Positions 1 through 8,130 are shown, counted from the stretch's first letter. The stretch is 32,000 nucleotides of DNA from Haloferax volcanii DS2 (GCF_000025685.1 NC_013967.1:2190001-2222000); one strand, 5' to 3'. Numbers and translations: made by a program. The notes: generated by a model from the sequence alone, not told the origin.

Positions 1-128
1 CGCGACCGCGACACGGGGAGAACACTGTCGTTCGACACCCGTTGTTGAAGAAAATAGTTCTTCAGTCAGGGGTAACGTAGGTCAATAGAGTAAGATTTAC
101 GCATCGTTATCGATTATCGTTCCTACGA

Positions 129-344
129 ATGACGCGAGTGCGCATCGACTACCGCTGGGTTGCCGTCTTCGCAATCCTCGTGACGTTCGCCGTTCCGTGG
201 TTCCTCTGGGGCGACAGCCGGGTCTTCGCCGGTCTGCCGCTGTGGCTCTGGTGGCACATCGGCTGGATGGGGCTGACCGCCGTCGTCTTCCACCTGTTCA
301 CCCGGACGGCGTGGGACCGCGGCATCGTCGGGGAGGGTCGCTGA
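129..344 (+). CDS. Small membrane protein, DUF3311-like (symporter-associated)
   Basis: 71-aa ORF with two hydrophobic helices (VAVFAILVTFAVPWFLW; LWLWWHIGWMGLTAVVF). Its TGA overlaps the ATG of the downstream symporter (TGATG at 342-346). A small two-TM protein coupled to an SSS transporter is the DUF3311 pattern. A TATA-like AT-rich stretch lies about 30 nt upstream. Confidence 0.7.
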   Translation: MTRVRIDYRWVAVFAILVTFAVPWFLWGDSRVFAGLPLWLWWHIGWMGLTAVVFHLFTRTAWDRGIVGEGR

Positions 345-1843
345 TGGTCTCGGCGCTCGGTATCCAACTCGGCGTCGTCGGCGCGTACCTCGTGGTCGCG
401 CTCGCGGTCGGCCTGCTCGCCTACCGCCTGACCAGCCGCGACGCGGAGGACTACTACCTCGCCGGTCGCTCCATCGGGACCGTCGTCCTCCTGTTCACCA
501 CGTTTGCGACGCTCCTCTCTGCGTTCACGTTCTTCGGCGGCCCCGACCTCGCCTACCGGGCCGGCCCCGAGTGGATTCTCGTGATGGGCGTCATGGACGG
601 CGTGCTGTTCGCCATCCTCTGGTACGTCGTCGGCTACAAGCAGTGGCTCGTCGGCCGCGCCCACGGCTACGTCACCCTCGGCGAGATGCTCGGCGACCGC
701 TTCGGCTCGACCCGCCTGCGCGCCGTCGTCGCCGGCATCAGCCTGTTTTGGCTGTTCCCGTACGTGATGCTCCAGCAGATGGGCGCGGGCGAGGCCATCG
801 TCGGGCTGACGAACGGGATGGTTCCCTACTGGGCCGGCGCGGCCGGCATCACCGTGTTCATGATTGCCTACGTCGTCATCGCGGGCCTCCGCGGGGTCGC
901 GTGGACCGACACCCTCCAAGGGCTGTTCATGCTCGGCGTCGTCTGGCTTGCGGTCGGCTGGGTCGCCGCCGCGGCCGGCGGCCCCACGGCGCTGTCGAAC
1001 GCCCTCGCGATCAACAAACCCGAGTTCCTCGCGCTCGGCGGCGGCCTCTACTCGCCGCAGTACATCATCGCGTCGGCCGTCACCATCGCCTTCGGCGTGG
1101 CGATGTTCCCGCAGATAAACCAGCGCTTCTTCGTCGCCAAGTCGGGCGCGGTCCTCAAGCGCTCGTTCGCGCTGTGGCCCGTCCTCGTCGTCCTGCTGTT
1201 CGTCCCCGCGTTCATCCTCGGTACGTGGGCCGCCGGGCTCGGCGTCGCCGTCCCCGAGGGCGCGAACGTCCTTCCGGTGCTCCTCAACGAGTACACGCCG
1301 GTGTGGTTCGCCGCGCTCGTCGTCGCCGGCGCGATGGCCGCGATGATGTCCTCGTCGGACTCGATGCTTCTCTCGGGGTCGTCGTACTTCACCCGCGACC
1401 TCTACCGGCCGTTCGTCAACCCCGACGCGAGCGACGCCCGCGAGGCGTGGCTGGCCCGCATCGGCGTCGCCCTGTTCGCCACGCTCACGTTCGTCGCCAG
1501 CCTGTTCCGGCCCGGCACGCTCGTCTCCGTCGGCGACACCGCCTTCGGCGGGTTCGCCCAGATGGCCCTACCGGTCATTGTCGCGCTCTACTGGGCGAAG
1601 ACGACCCGGACGGGGATGTTCGCCGGCATCCTCGGCTCGCAGGCGTTCTACCTCGCGCACGTGTTCGTCCCCGCGGTCGAAGTCGGCTCCGTGACGCTGT
1701 TCGGCGCGACCTACCTCACGTGGGACTACGCCCTCTGGGGGATGGCGCTGTCGGCGCTTCTGACCGTCGGCGTCTCCGCGATGACCGCCGCCGCGCCCGA
1801 GGAAAACCAGTCCCGGTTCACCGACGGCCTCCGGGCCGACTGA
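344..1843 (+). CDS. Sodium:solute symporter (SSS) family transporter
   Basis: 499-aa polytopic membrane protein. Start set at ATG 344, in frame with track ORF 197..1843. The 49 upstream codons are Arg-rich and overlap 129..344, so I excluded them. The N-terminal DYYLAGRS motif and about 13 hydrophobic segments are typical of the SSS family. Confidence 0.85.
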   Translation: MVSALGIQLGVVGAYLVVALAVGLLAYRLTSRDAEDYYLAGRSIGTVVLLFTTFATLLSAFTFFGGPDLAYRAGPEWILVMGVMDGVLFAILWYVVGYKQWLVGRAHGYVTLGEMLGDRFGSTRLRAVVAGISLFWLFPYVMLQQMGAGEAIVGLTNGMVPYWAGAAGITVFMIAYVVIAGLRGVAWTDTLQGLFMLGVVWLAVGWVAAAAGGPTALSNALAINKPEFLALGGGLYSPQYIIASAVTIAFGVAMFPQINQRFFVAKSGAVLKRSFALWPVLVVLLFVPAFILGTWAAGLGVAVPEGANVLPVLLNEYTPVWFAALVVAGAMAAMMSSSDSMLLSGSSYFTRDLYRPFVNPDASDAREAWLARIGVALFATLTFVASLFRPGTLVSVGDTAFGGFAQMALPVIVALYWAKTTRTGMFAGILGSQAFYLAHVFVPAVEVGSVTLFGATYLTWDYALWGMALSALLTVGVSAMTAAAPEENQSRFTDGLRAD

Positions 1844-1912
1844 CGCCGGGTCGCGCCGGTCCGCTCTGCTCCGCAACGAACCTTATCTGCCTGCGCGAGT
1901 AACCTCCACTCC

Positions 1913-2197
1913 ATGCCCGAAGAAGTGCTGTTCGAGTCCGAGAACCGACAGGCCCGCGCCGAAATCGCGTCGTACCTCCGCACCGTCGCAGACAAACTCG
2001 ACGCGGGCGAGCCGATTACGCTGAAAGCCGGCGACCAGACCGTCACGATGGAGCCGCCCGCATCACCGACGTTCGAGGTGAAAGCCGAGCGCGAGGGCCC
2101 CGCCGGCGGCCCCTACGAACTGAGCATCGAGTTCGAACTGGAGTGGGACGAGGGCGCTGACGACGGTGCCGACGCGGGCGGCCTCGAAATCGAGTGA
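1913..2197 (+). CDS. Small acidic protein, amphi-Trp domain-like
   Basis: 94-aa ORF. The alternating beta-like segment YELSIEFELEWDEG and the overall layout resemble the amphi-Trp domain family. A TATA-like ccttatct lies about 28 nt upstream of the ATG. Confidence 0.6.
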   Translation: MPEEVLFESENRQARAEIASYLRTVADKLDAGEPITLKAGDQTVTMEPPASPTFEVKAEREGPAGGPYELSIEFELEWDEGADDGADAGGLEIE

Positions 2198-2272
2198 GGC
2201 GGCCGACACTCGCCGCCGGCGACCGCCGAATACAGTTACCCTTCTGACATTCCCACGAGTCGTCGGTGACTC

Positions 2273-2791
2273 ATGGGAATTCGACCGCTTCAGGCCGACG
2301 AGGTGGACGCGCTGGTTGACGACCTGTGGCTCCCGTTCGCCGAGGAGATGGGTGATATCGACGACTACGACGCGCTGGCCGAGGACGTCGATGCCCGCGC
2401 CGAGGCGCTCGACTACCGGGGCGAGCAGGTGGACGCCGAGGGCGTTCAGACGTTCGTCGCCGTCGCGGACGCGGAGTCGGCGGCGGAGTCAGGAGCGCGA
2501 CCGGACGCCGCCGCGGGGTCGCTCCGCGGCTACGTCACCGTCGCCGCGTCCGAGTCGCCGCCGGTGTTCGCCCGCGGGCCGGTCGCCAAGGTGAAAGACC
2601 TCTACGTCGCGCCCGCGGCGCGGGGCGAGGGCGTCGGCACGGAACTCCTCGAACGGGCCCACGAGTGGGGCCGCGACCGCGGGTGCGAACGGGCCGCGCT
2701 GAGCGTCCACGCCGACAACGACGCCGCCCGGTCGTGTTACGAGTCGATGGGATACGAGACGCGGTACCTGAAACTCGACTGCCCGCTCTGA
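2273..2791 (+). CDS. GNAT family N-acetyltransferase
   Basis: 172 aa. Acetyl-CoA binding motif RGEGVGTELLERA, followed by the typical C-terminal segment A..CYESMGYE. Confidence 0.85.
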   Translation: MGIRPLQADEVDALVDDLWLPFAEEMGDIDDYDALAEDVDARAEALDYRGEQVDAEGVQTFVAVADAESAAESGARPDAAAGSLRGYVTVAASESPPVFARGPVAKVKDLYVAPAARGEGVGTELLERAHEWGRDRGCERAALSVHADNDAARSCYESMGYETRYLKLDCPL

Positions 2792-2907
2792 GGGCGGAGA
2801 CGACGGCGGCTTCGCGGATGGCGACAAGGGTCGTCACCCGCGGTTTCGAGGGTCGTGTTCGCCCCCCAAACCCGAACCCTCAAAGCCGCTGAATCCAATT
2901 GGCGCGC

Positions 2908-3705
2908 ATGAACGAGTCGGGCCACCAAGTGCTCATGGAGCAGGACGTGCTCCGCCACCGCCTCGACGACGGCGACCTCCCCGACTGGGCGAGAAAACAC
3001 TACGAGACGTTCCGCGAGACGATGCTCGGCGACCGCGACGGCGCGCCGTTCCCGTGTTACTTCGGCATCGAGTCCGAGCGCAACGGCGACGCCCTCTACA
3101 CCTTCGTGGATTCGATGACCGACAAGGACGCGCTGTTGGCGCTCCGCGACACCCTCCTCGAATACCTCGACGTGTACCCGGACTACTCCGAGGCGTGCTC
3201 GCTCGTCACGTTCTTCAAGCCGCCGGCGGCGGACTTCACCGAGGCCGACTACCACGAACGCCTCTGGCACATCCTCCAGTTCCTCCACGTCAACGACCCG
3301 GAGCCGTGGCCCGCGGACATCCCGACCGACCCCGACGACCCGACGTGGGAGTTCTCCTTCGGCGGCGAGCCCATGTTCCCGACCACCCGCGCGCCGTTCT
3401 ACGACGAGCGCATCAGTCGCTACTGCCCGTGGGGCCTCGAAATCACCTTCCAGCCGCGGGCGCTGTTCGACGGCATCACCGCCGACACCGAGGCCGGCCA
3501 GCAGGCCCGCGCGGTCATCCAGAACCGCATCGAGGAGTACGACGGCGTCTGCCCCCACGCCGACCTCGGTGACTGGGGCGTCGAGGGCGACCGCGAGTGG
3601 CCGCAGTACATGTTCTCCGCCGACGAGTCGCAAGCGCCCGACGAGTGCCCGATTCGCATCACCCGCGAGCACCCGAAAGTGCCGACGGCCCCGGCGGACG
3701 ACTGA
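2908..3705 (+). CDS. YqcI/YcgG family protein
   Basis: Track ORF starts at a TTG (2899); I chose the first ATG at 2908. FPCYFG and WEFSFGGEPMFPTTRAPFYDERISRY match my recollection of the YqcI/YcgG (DUF1008) family. Confidence 0.7.
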   Translation: MNESGHQVLMEQDVLRHRLDDGDLPDWARKHYETFRETMLGDRDGAPFPCYFGIESERNGDALYTFVDSMTDKDALLALRDTLLEYLDVYPDYSEACSLVTFFKPPAADFTEADYHERLWHILQFLHVNDPEPWPADIPTDPDDPTWEFSFGGEPMFPTTRAPFYDERISRYCPWGLEITFQPRALFDGITADTEAGQQARAVIQNRIEEYDGVCPHADLGDWGVEGDREWPQYMFSADESQAPDECPIRITREHPKVPTAPADD

Positions 3706-3733
3706 TGGCGGGGTCCGATTCGAAGGGTGAGCG

Positions 3734-4300
3734 ATGACCGCCGCCGACCTCCCCGACGACGCCGTGCTCGTCTGCATCGACATGCAGGTCGGCTTCGACG
3801 ACCCCGCGTGGGGCGACCGCAACAACCCCGAGATGGAGGCGCGCGTCGCCGACCTGCTCGCGGCGTGGCGCGCGGCCGACCGCCCCGTCGTCCACGTCCG
3901 ACACGACTCCGCCGAGCCCGACTCGCCGCTCCGAAGTGACGGGGAAGGCTTCGCGTGGAAGCCCGAGGCCGAACCCGTCGACGGCGAACCGGTGTTCACG
4001 AAGCGCGTCAACAGCGGCTTCATCGGGACCGACCTCGAAGCGTGGCTCCGCGAGCGCGACCACTCGACGCTCGTCGTCTGCGGCCTCACGACCGACCACT
4101 GCGTCTCGACGACGACGCGGATGGCAGAGAACCTCGGCTTCGACGTGTACCTCCCCGCGGATGCGACCGCGACGTTCGACCGAGAAGGCCACGACGGCGA
4201 GCGCTTTTCGGCCGACGAGATGCACCGTACCGCGCTGGCGCACCTGAACCGGGAGTTCGCAACCGTCGTCGAGTCGGCCGACCTGTCGGCGACGCGGTGA
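3734..4300 (+). CDS. Cysteine hydrolase, isochorismatase family
   Basis: 188 aa. The N-terminal LVCIDMQ motif and the catalytic-Cys motif [11 protein letters not shown] are classic for isochorismatase-like hydrolases. Confidence 0.85.
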   Translation: MTAADLPDDAVLVCIDMQVGFDDPAWGDRNNPEMEARVADLLAAWRAADRPVVHVRHDSAEPDSPLRSDGEGFAWKPEAEPVDGEPVFTKRVNSGFIGTDLEAWLRERDHSTLVVCGLTTDHCVSTTTRMAENLGFDVYLPADATATFDREGHDGERFSADEMHRTALAHLNREFATVVESADLSATR

Positions 4301-4375
4301 GTGGTCGTCGCGTTCGCCGCCGGCCGTCCACGAAGCTGTAGTCAGATTTTCATATCCCCGCCGAGACGGTGGCAC

Positions 4376-4759
4376 ATGGACCGCCGATTTCTCGCCGTCG
4401 TCGGGGTGTTCGACCTGCTCATCGCCGTCGGCCTCGTGCTTCTCGGCGCGCCCGCTCACCCGGTTTCGTTCGCCCGGTTCGCGCTGTTTACCGCCGCCGG
4501 CGTGCTGTTGGTCGTCGCCGGCATCCGCGAATCGGTCGCTCTCGGATCGACGACGCTCCGGTGGCACGTCGTCGCGGGCGCGGGCTACGTTTGCTTCGGG
4601 CTGGCCGTGCTCGCCAACGGCCTGTCGTCCGTCCTCGACGCCCGCGGCGACCCCTACTTCGGCGGGCTGTCCGCGCTCCTGCTCGCCCCCGTGATGCTGT
4701 TCATGGGTATCGATTACCTCCGCGGCGGCGTCCACTTCGACCTCTCGACGTTCGAGTGA
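4376..4759 (+). CDS. Hypothetical membrane protein (about 4 TM)
   Basis: In-frame ATG at 4376 (MDRRFLAVVGVFDLLIAVGLVLLGA...) within track ORF 4301..4759. Four hydrophobic segments. No family recognised. Confidence 0.6.
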   Translation: MDRRFLAVVGVFDLLIAVGLVLLGAPAHPVSFARFALFTAAGVLLVVAGIRESVALGSTTLRWHVVAGAGYVCFGLAVLANGLSSVLDARGDPYFGGLSALLLAPVMLFMGIDYLRGGVHFDLSTFE

Positions 4760-4878
4760 GCGTCGGGGTCGACGCCTGCGAGAATCAACGTAACTTATTT
4801 CAGTTTCGCTGGCCGATGACGGTTCCGGCTTACGATTACGCAAATACATTTCCCCGTCGGCGCGGAATCCCCATCTCG

Positions 4879-5988
4879 ATGGGCGTTTCCTTCCCGTACG
4901 GCGACGAGCTCGCGGTGGACTTCGAGTGGCACGAGTTCACCGGCGCGGTGGGTGATTCGGTTACGGTCCTCCCTATCGTCGTCGCCGTCGCCCGCCTGAC
5001 GGACCTCTCGCTGGCGGTCGTGCTCGTTTGGTTCGGCGTGTTTCAGGTCGTCTGGGGGCTGTACTACGCGGCCCCGCTGTCGGTCGAACCGATGAAGGCG
5101 CTGGCCGCGCTCGTCCTCGCGGAGACGGTCACGGCCGGCGAAGCGCTCCTCGCCGGGTTCGGCCTCGGCGTCGTCCTCCTCGCTATCGGCCGGACGCGCT
5201 CGCTCGGCCGCGTGAGTCGCTACATCGGCGCGCCGGTCGTCCGCGGCGTCCAGTTCGGCGTCGCGCTCGTCCTCCTGTCGACGGGTCTCGAACTCGGCGC
5301 GGGCGACCTCCCGCTCGCCGGCCTCGCGGTCGCCGTCGCCGCCGTCGCCCTCCTCACCAGACGCTCGAACGTGAGCGCCCTCGCGGTCCTCGCGGTCGGC
5401 GGCGCGGTCGCTTTTTCCGACGTGGGCCACCTGTCGCTCGCCGTTCCGCCGGTCCGGGACGCCGGTTTATTCTCGTTCGGGAACCTCTCGTTCGCCGTCG
5501 TTGAGGCTGCGGTCGCCCAGTTGGCGATGACCGTCGGCAACGCCGCGCTCGCCACGTCGGTCCTGCTCGCGGACTACTTCGACCGCGACGTTTCGGCCGA
5601 CGAACTCGCCACCAGCATGGGCGCGATGAACCTTCTCGCGGTCCCTCTCGGCGGCTTTCCGATGTGCCACGGCAGCGGCGGCGTCGCCGGCAAGTACGCC
5701 TTCGGCGCGCGGACCGCCGGCGCGAACGTGATTCTCGGCGTCGGCTACGTCGTCGTCGCCCTGTTCGCCGCGGACGTGGTCGCCGCCTACCCGGTCGCCA
5801 TGCTCGGCGTCATTTTGGCGATTATCGGCCTGCAACTGGCGCGGACGAGTCTGACCAGTCTGTCCCGCGCGGACGGCTACCCCCTCGTGGTCGCCATCGG
5901 CGTCGTCGGCGTCGCGGTGAATCTGGGCGTCGCGTTCGTCGGTGGGGTTGCGGCGTGGCTGGTGTGGGAAAGACCATCCAGGACATAG
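4879..5988 (+). CDS. Putative sulfate/molybdate transporter (MOT1/MFS_MOT1-like)
   Basis: Polytopic membrane protein with GDSVTVLPIVVAVA and CHGSGGVAGKYAFGARTAGA motifs, as in MOT1-type molybdate transporters. Start is ambiguous between ATG 4816 and ATG 4879. I chose 4879 because codons 4816-4878 have low third-position GC (12 of 21) and look non-coding. The last codons and the stop lie in the AT-rich islet junction. Confidence 0.7.
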   Translation: MGVSFPYGDELAVDFEWHEFTGAVGDSVTVLPIVVAVARLTDLSLAVVLVWFGVFQVVWGLYYAAPLSVEPMKALAALVLAETVTAGEALLAGFGLGVVLLAIGRTRSLGRVSRYIGAPVVRGVQFGVALVLLSTGLELGAGDLPLAGLAVAVAAVALLTRRSNVSALAVLAVGGAVAFSDVGHLSLAVPPVRDAGLFSFGNLSFAVVEAAVAQLAMTVGNAALATSVLLADYFDRDVSADELATSMGAMNLLAVPLGGFPMCHGSGGVAGKYAFGARTAGANVILGVGYVVVALFAADVVAAYPVAMLGVILAIIGLQLARTSLTSLSRADGYPLVVAIGVVGVAVNLGVAFVGGVAAWLVWERPSRT

Positions 5989-6044
5989 TAAATAAGCTTC
6001 ATATGGTGTATTCCAACTCCGGCAATAGATGAGATATTATAATA

Positions 6045-6064
6045 GACTCAGTACTTCACAAAGC
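6045..6064. repeat. IS left terminal inverted repeat
   Basis: GACTCAGTACTTCACAAAGC. The reverse complement of 7431-7450 is GTCTCAGTACCTCACAAAGC, giving 2 mismatches. The core 6047-6064 has 1 mismatch in 18. Confidence 0.8.
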
Positions 6065-6095
6065 CGTTTAGTTAGAAGGTCTGCTTGCAGAAGGT

Positions 6096-7262
6096 GTGTC
6101 TAAAACCCAGCAAGCAGACGATGAAATCCACGAGGACCAGCTCCTTAACTTCCTCGTCAACTCTCTTGACGAGGAAGTTGCTCTCTCACTCGCTGAAAAC
6201 GCTGAACTCGATGCTGAAGACATCTACGAGGTCCTCGTCGGCGCCTGCGCCGACGGGACCTCGGTCTCAACGCTCTGTGAGAGAAGCGAAGATGCACCCC
6301 ACGAAAACTCCGTTCTCTACCATCTCCGCACTAAATTCGATCTAGAAACGCTCGAACAGGTTGGCAACATGCTCCTCCAGAAAGACGTTCTCGACGTCCT
6401 TCCCCAGCAGGTGGAGGTCTGCGCAGACCTCCACCTGCGGCCCTACTATGGTGACGAAGACGACACGGACGGCCTGTATCACTCACAAGCGAAGCGTGGA
6501 ACCACCGCGTTCCACGCGTACGCGACGCTGTACGCACGCGTGAAGAACAAACGCTACACGCTGGCGGTGCGCCGTCTCGAAGACGGCGACACCGCCAGCA
6601 GTGTCCTCGCAGAGTTCCTCAGTATTCTCGACGGCCTTGACCTCGGTGTCAAGGCCGTCTATCTTGACCGCGAATTCTACGACAGCAAGTGTTTGACGCT
6701 GCTTCAGGCGCACAACCACGCGTACGTCATGCCGATCGTCCGCTGGGGACAATCAATCAAGCAAGAACTCTCAGAAGGGTGGAGTCGCGTGATTCAGCAC
6801 AGTCTGACGGCGAGACTCGACGGTCACAGCTGGACCGTCGAGTTCCCCGTCTACATCGACTGTACCTACCAGAACGGACGGTACGACGAACATGGGGTGG
6901 CGCGTCACGGCTACGCCGCTGACGCGCCGTTCATCGACTCACCACGAGACGCTCGATACCACTACGCGAAACGCTTCGGTATCGAGGCAAGCTATCGACT
7001 CTCTGAACAAAGTATCGCGACGACCTCGACACAAAATCCGGTTGTACGGCTGCTGTACGTCGTGGTGAGCTTGCTGTTACAGAACGTGTGGCGGTATCTG
7101 CACTGGGAGTACGTGGCGACGCCCCGCCGAGGCGGGCGTCGCCTCTGGCAGTGGCCATTCAAGGAGTTCATCAACATGATCCGACGGGCAGCGTGGACGG
7201 CCCTCGCGACGCGTCGGGCCGTCCCCGCGAACCGGCCACCGGACGACCGGTTCCACCGGTAA
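6096..7262 (+). CDS. ISH3-family-like DDE transposase
   Basis: 388 aa with a GTG start. MSKTQQADDEIHEDQLLNFLVN..., LYHLRTKF and the YLDREFY region match my memory of haloarchaeal ISH3-family transposases. The ORF is intact, with no frameshift or internal stop. Confidence 0.85.
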   Translation: MSKTQQADDEIHEDQLLNFLVNSLDEEVALSLAENAELDAEDIYEVLVGACADGTSVSTLCERSEDAPHENSVLYHLRTKFDLETLEQVGNMLLQKDVLDVLPQQVEVCADLHLRPYYGDEDDTDGLYHSQAKRGTTAFHAYATLYARVKNKRYTLAVRRLEDGDTASSVLAEFLSILDGLDLGVKAVYLDREFYDSKCLTLLQAHNHAYVMPIVRWGQSIKQELSEGWSRVIQHSLTARLDGHSWTVEFPVYIDCTYQNGRYDEHGVARHGYAADAPFIDSPRDARYHYAKRFGIEASYRLSEQSIATTSTQNPVVRLLYVVVSLLLQNVWRYLHWEYVATPRRGGRRLWQWPFKEFINMIRRAAWTALATRRAVPANRPPDDRFHR

Positions 7263-7430
7263 CTCCCGACCGGGCTAGCCAACGGTGGGAGTGGCGACGC
7301 TGTCGCGTCGGCGGCAGCCGCCGCCGACAGCGACGGCTCTCCGCCGATCCGTCCATGATTCTGTCGTCGAGACCGCCAATGCAACCGCTCGGCCACAGAA
7401 TTCAGGCTTCAGAGACAGCTAGGCGAGGAT

Positions 7431-7450
7431 GCTTTGTGAGGTACTGAGAC
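7431..7450. repeat. IS right terminal inverted repeat
   Basis: GCTTTGTGAGGTACTGAGAC, the inverted partner of 6045-6064. Confidence 0.8.
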
Positions 7451-7516
7451 TAAAATCTCACACATTATTATGTTCTCGGCGACATGTTTTTCTGAGCAGT
7501 CACCTAGCAATATACA

Positions 7517-8029
7517 ATGTCTGAGAGTGCTCACTTTGACCTTGGTATTACTACTGGCCCTCACGGACTTTCTGTTGTTCCTGGATTGAGAACCCTACAC
7601 GACTCAATCCAAGACCAGGTCATCCCTGAATTTGAAGAGAAGAGTGGACTTTCCGGAGAGAGTGGTGCGATTGTGTTGGTCTTTTTTACACTCTCCCACT
7701 CTGTAATTGAACAGCGGTCGATTGAACTGCTATATGGATACGTATTCGATACTGAATTCCAAACTGAACGGTCAAGAAGATTTCTTCGACAGAACTTAAA
7801 CCAGCGGCAGCGGGAGGATTTGTTACTGAGGACAGGTGTAATTAAGGGACATGTACATAGCCACATGAGTACTGCACGAACTGCCCGAAACGTGATTGTA
7901 CATCATCCACATTCACATATTCTTCCAAAATTTGACAATTTTTCAAACACAGTTAAACAGACTATAAATGCAGTCGAGGAATTGGAAGAGATGGTTGTTG
8001 ACTACTATTTGCCAGATGAGATGAGCTGA
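7517..8029 (+). CDS. Hypothetical protein, low-GC, HEPN/DUF4145-like (R-N-x3-H motif)
   Basis: 170-aa ORF in the AT-rich islet; three hand-counted 60-nt lines give 47%, 45% and 32% G+C. It is not acidic like its neighbours. R124-N-V-I-V-H129 (nt 7886-7903) sits in a predicted helical context: ...LLLRTGVIKGHVHSHMSTARTARNVIVHH. A T-rich TATA-like element atgtttttc ends about 26 nt upstream of the ATG. The antisense ORF 7561..7866 is Cys/Ser-rich and was rejected. Confidence 0.65.
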   Translation: MSESAHFDLGITTGPHGLSVVPGLRTLHDSIQDQVIPEFEEKSGLSGESGAIVLVFFTLSHSVIEQRSIELLYGYVFDTEFQTERSRRFLRQNLNQRQREDLLLRTGVIKGHVHSHMSTARTARNVIVHHPHSHILPKFDNFSNTVKQTINAVEELEEMVVDYYLPDEMS

Positions 8030-8130
8030 TTGCAACATGCGTATTATTTTCAAAACGGTGTTTGAGTCGTCAATTTAATCTATTTTGTTGCAAAGACTCC
8101 GCGAACCATCTTCTAAATCGAGTCTTGGAG

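Larger units (their letters stand above)
6045..7450 (+). mobile_element. Insertion sequence, ISH3-family-like (IS4 superfamily), apparently complete
   Basis: Single DDE transposase ORF bracketed by 20-bp terminal inverted repeats (18/20 match). Flanking pentamers TAATA (6040-6044) and TAAAA (7451-7455) match 4/5 and may be a target-site duplication. Exact ends are uncertain by a few bp. Confidence 0.8.

Noticed and set aside
1-128. Possible gene end or divergent gene start at the left window edge.
   Set aside because: There is too little sequence, no clear start codon with appropriate TATA spacing, and no recognisable reading frame.
149-919. Long ORFs antisense or out of frame to well-supported genes. 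Examples: 149..919 -, 571..1902 +, 2737..4089 -, 3659..4849 -, 8075..9070 -, 9266..10384 +, 10219..11478 -, 12317..13813 -, 12968..14377 +, 13816..15552 +, 17652..18788 -, 21261..22637 -, 23497..24402 -, 25360..27060 -, 28724..29575 -.
   Set aside because: Their translations are Arg/Gly/Pro/Asp/Val-rich low-complexity strings, typical of stop-poor alternative frames in GC-rich DNA. Each overlaps a gene with clear family motifs on the other strand or frame.
4816-4878. Upstream ATG 4816 as the start of the MOT1-like transporter.
   Set aside because: The 21 extra codons have low third-position GC and a non-acidic, non-hydrophobic sequence unlike the rest of the gene. It is kept as an alternative because the promoter spacing is ambiguous.
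7561-7866. 101-aa minus-strand ORF inside the AT-rich islet.
   Set aside because: It is shorter than the overlapping plus-strand ORF and is Cys/Ser/Trp-rich with no helical periodicity. The plus-strand ORF has a TATA-like element at the right spacing and a coherent motif.
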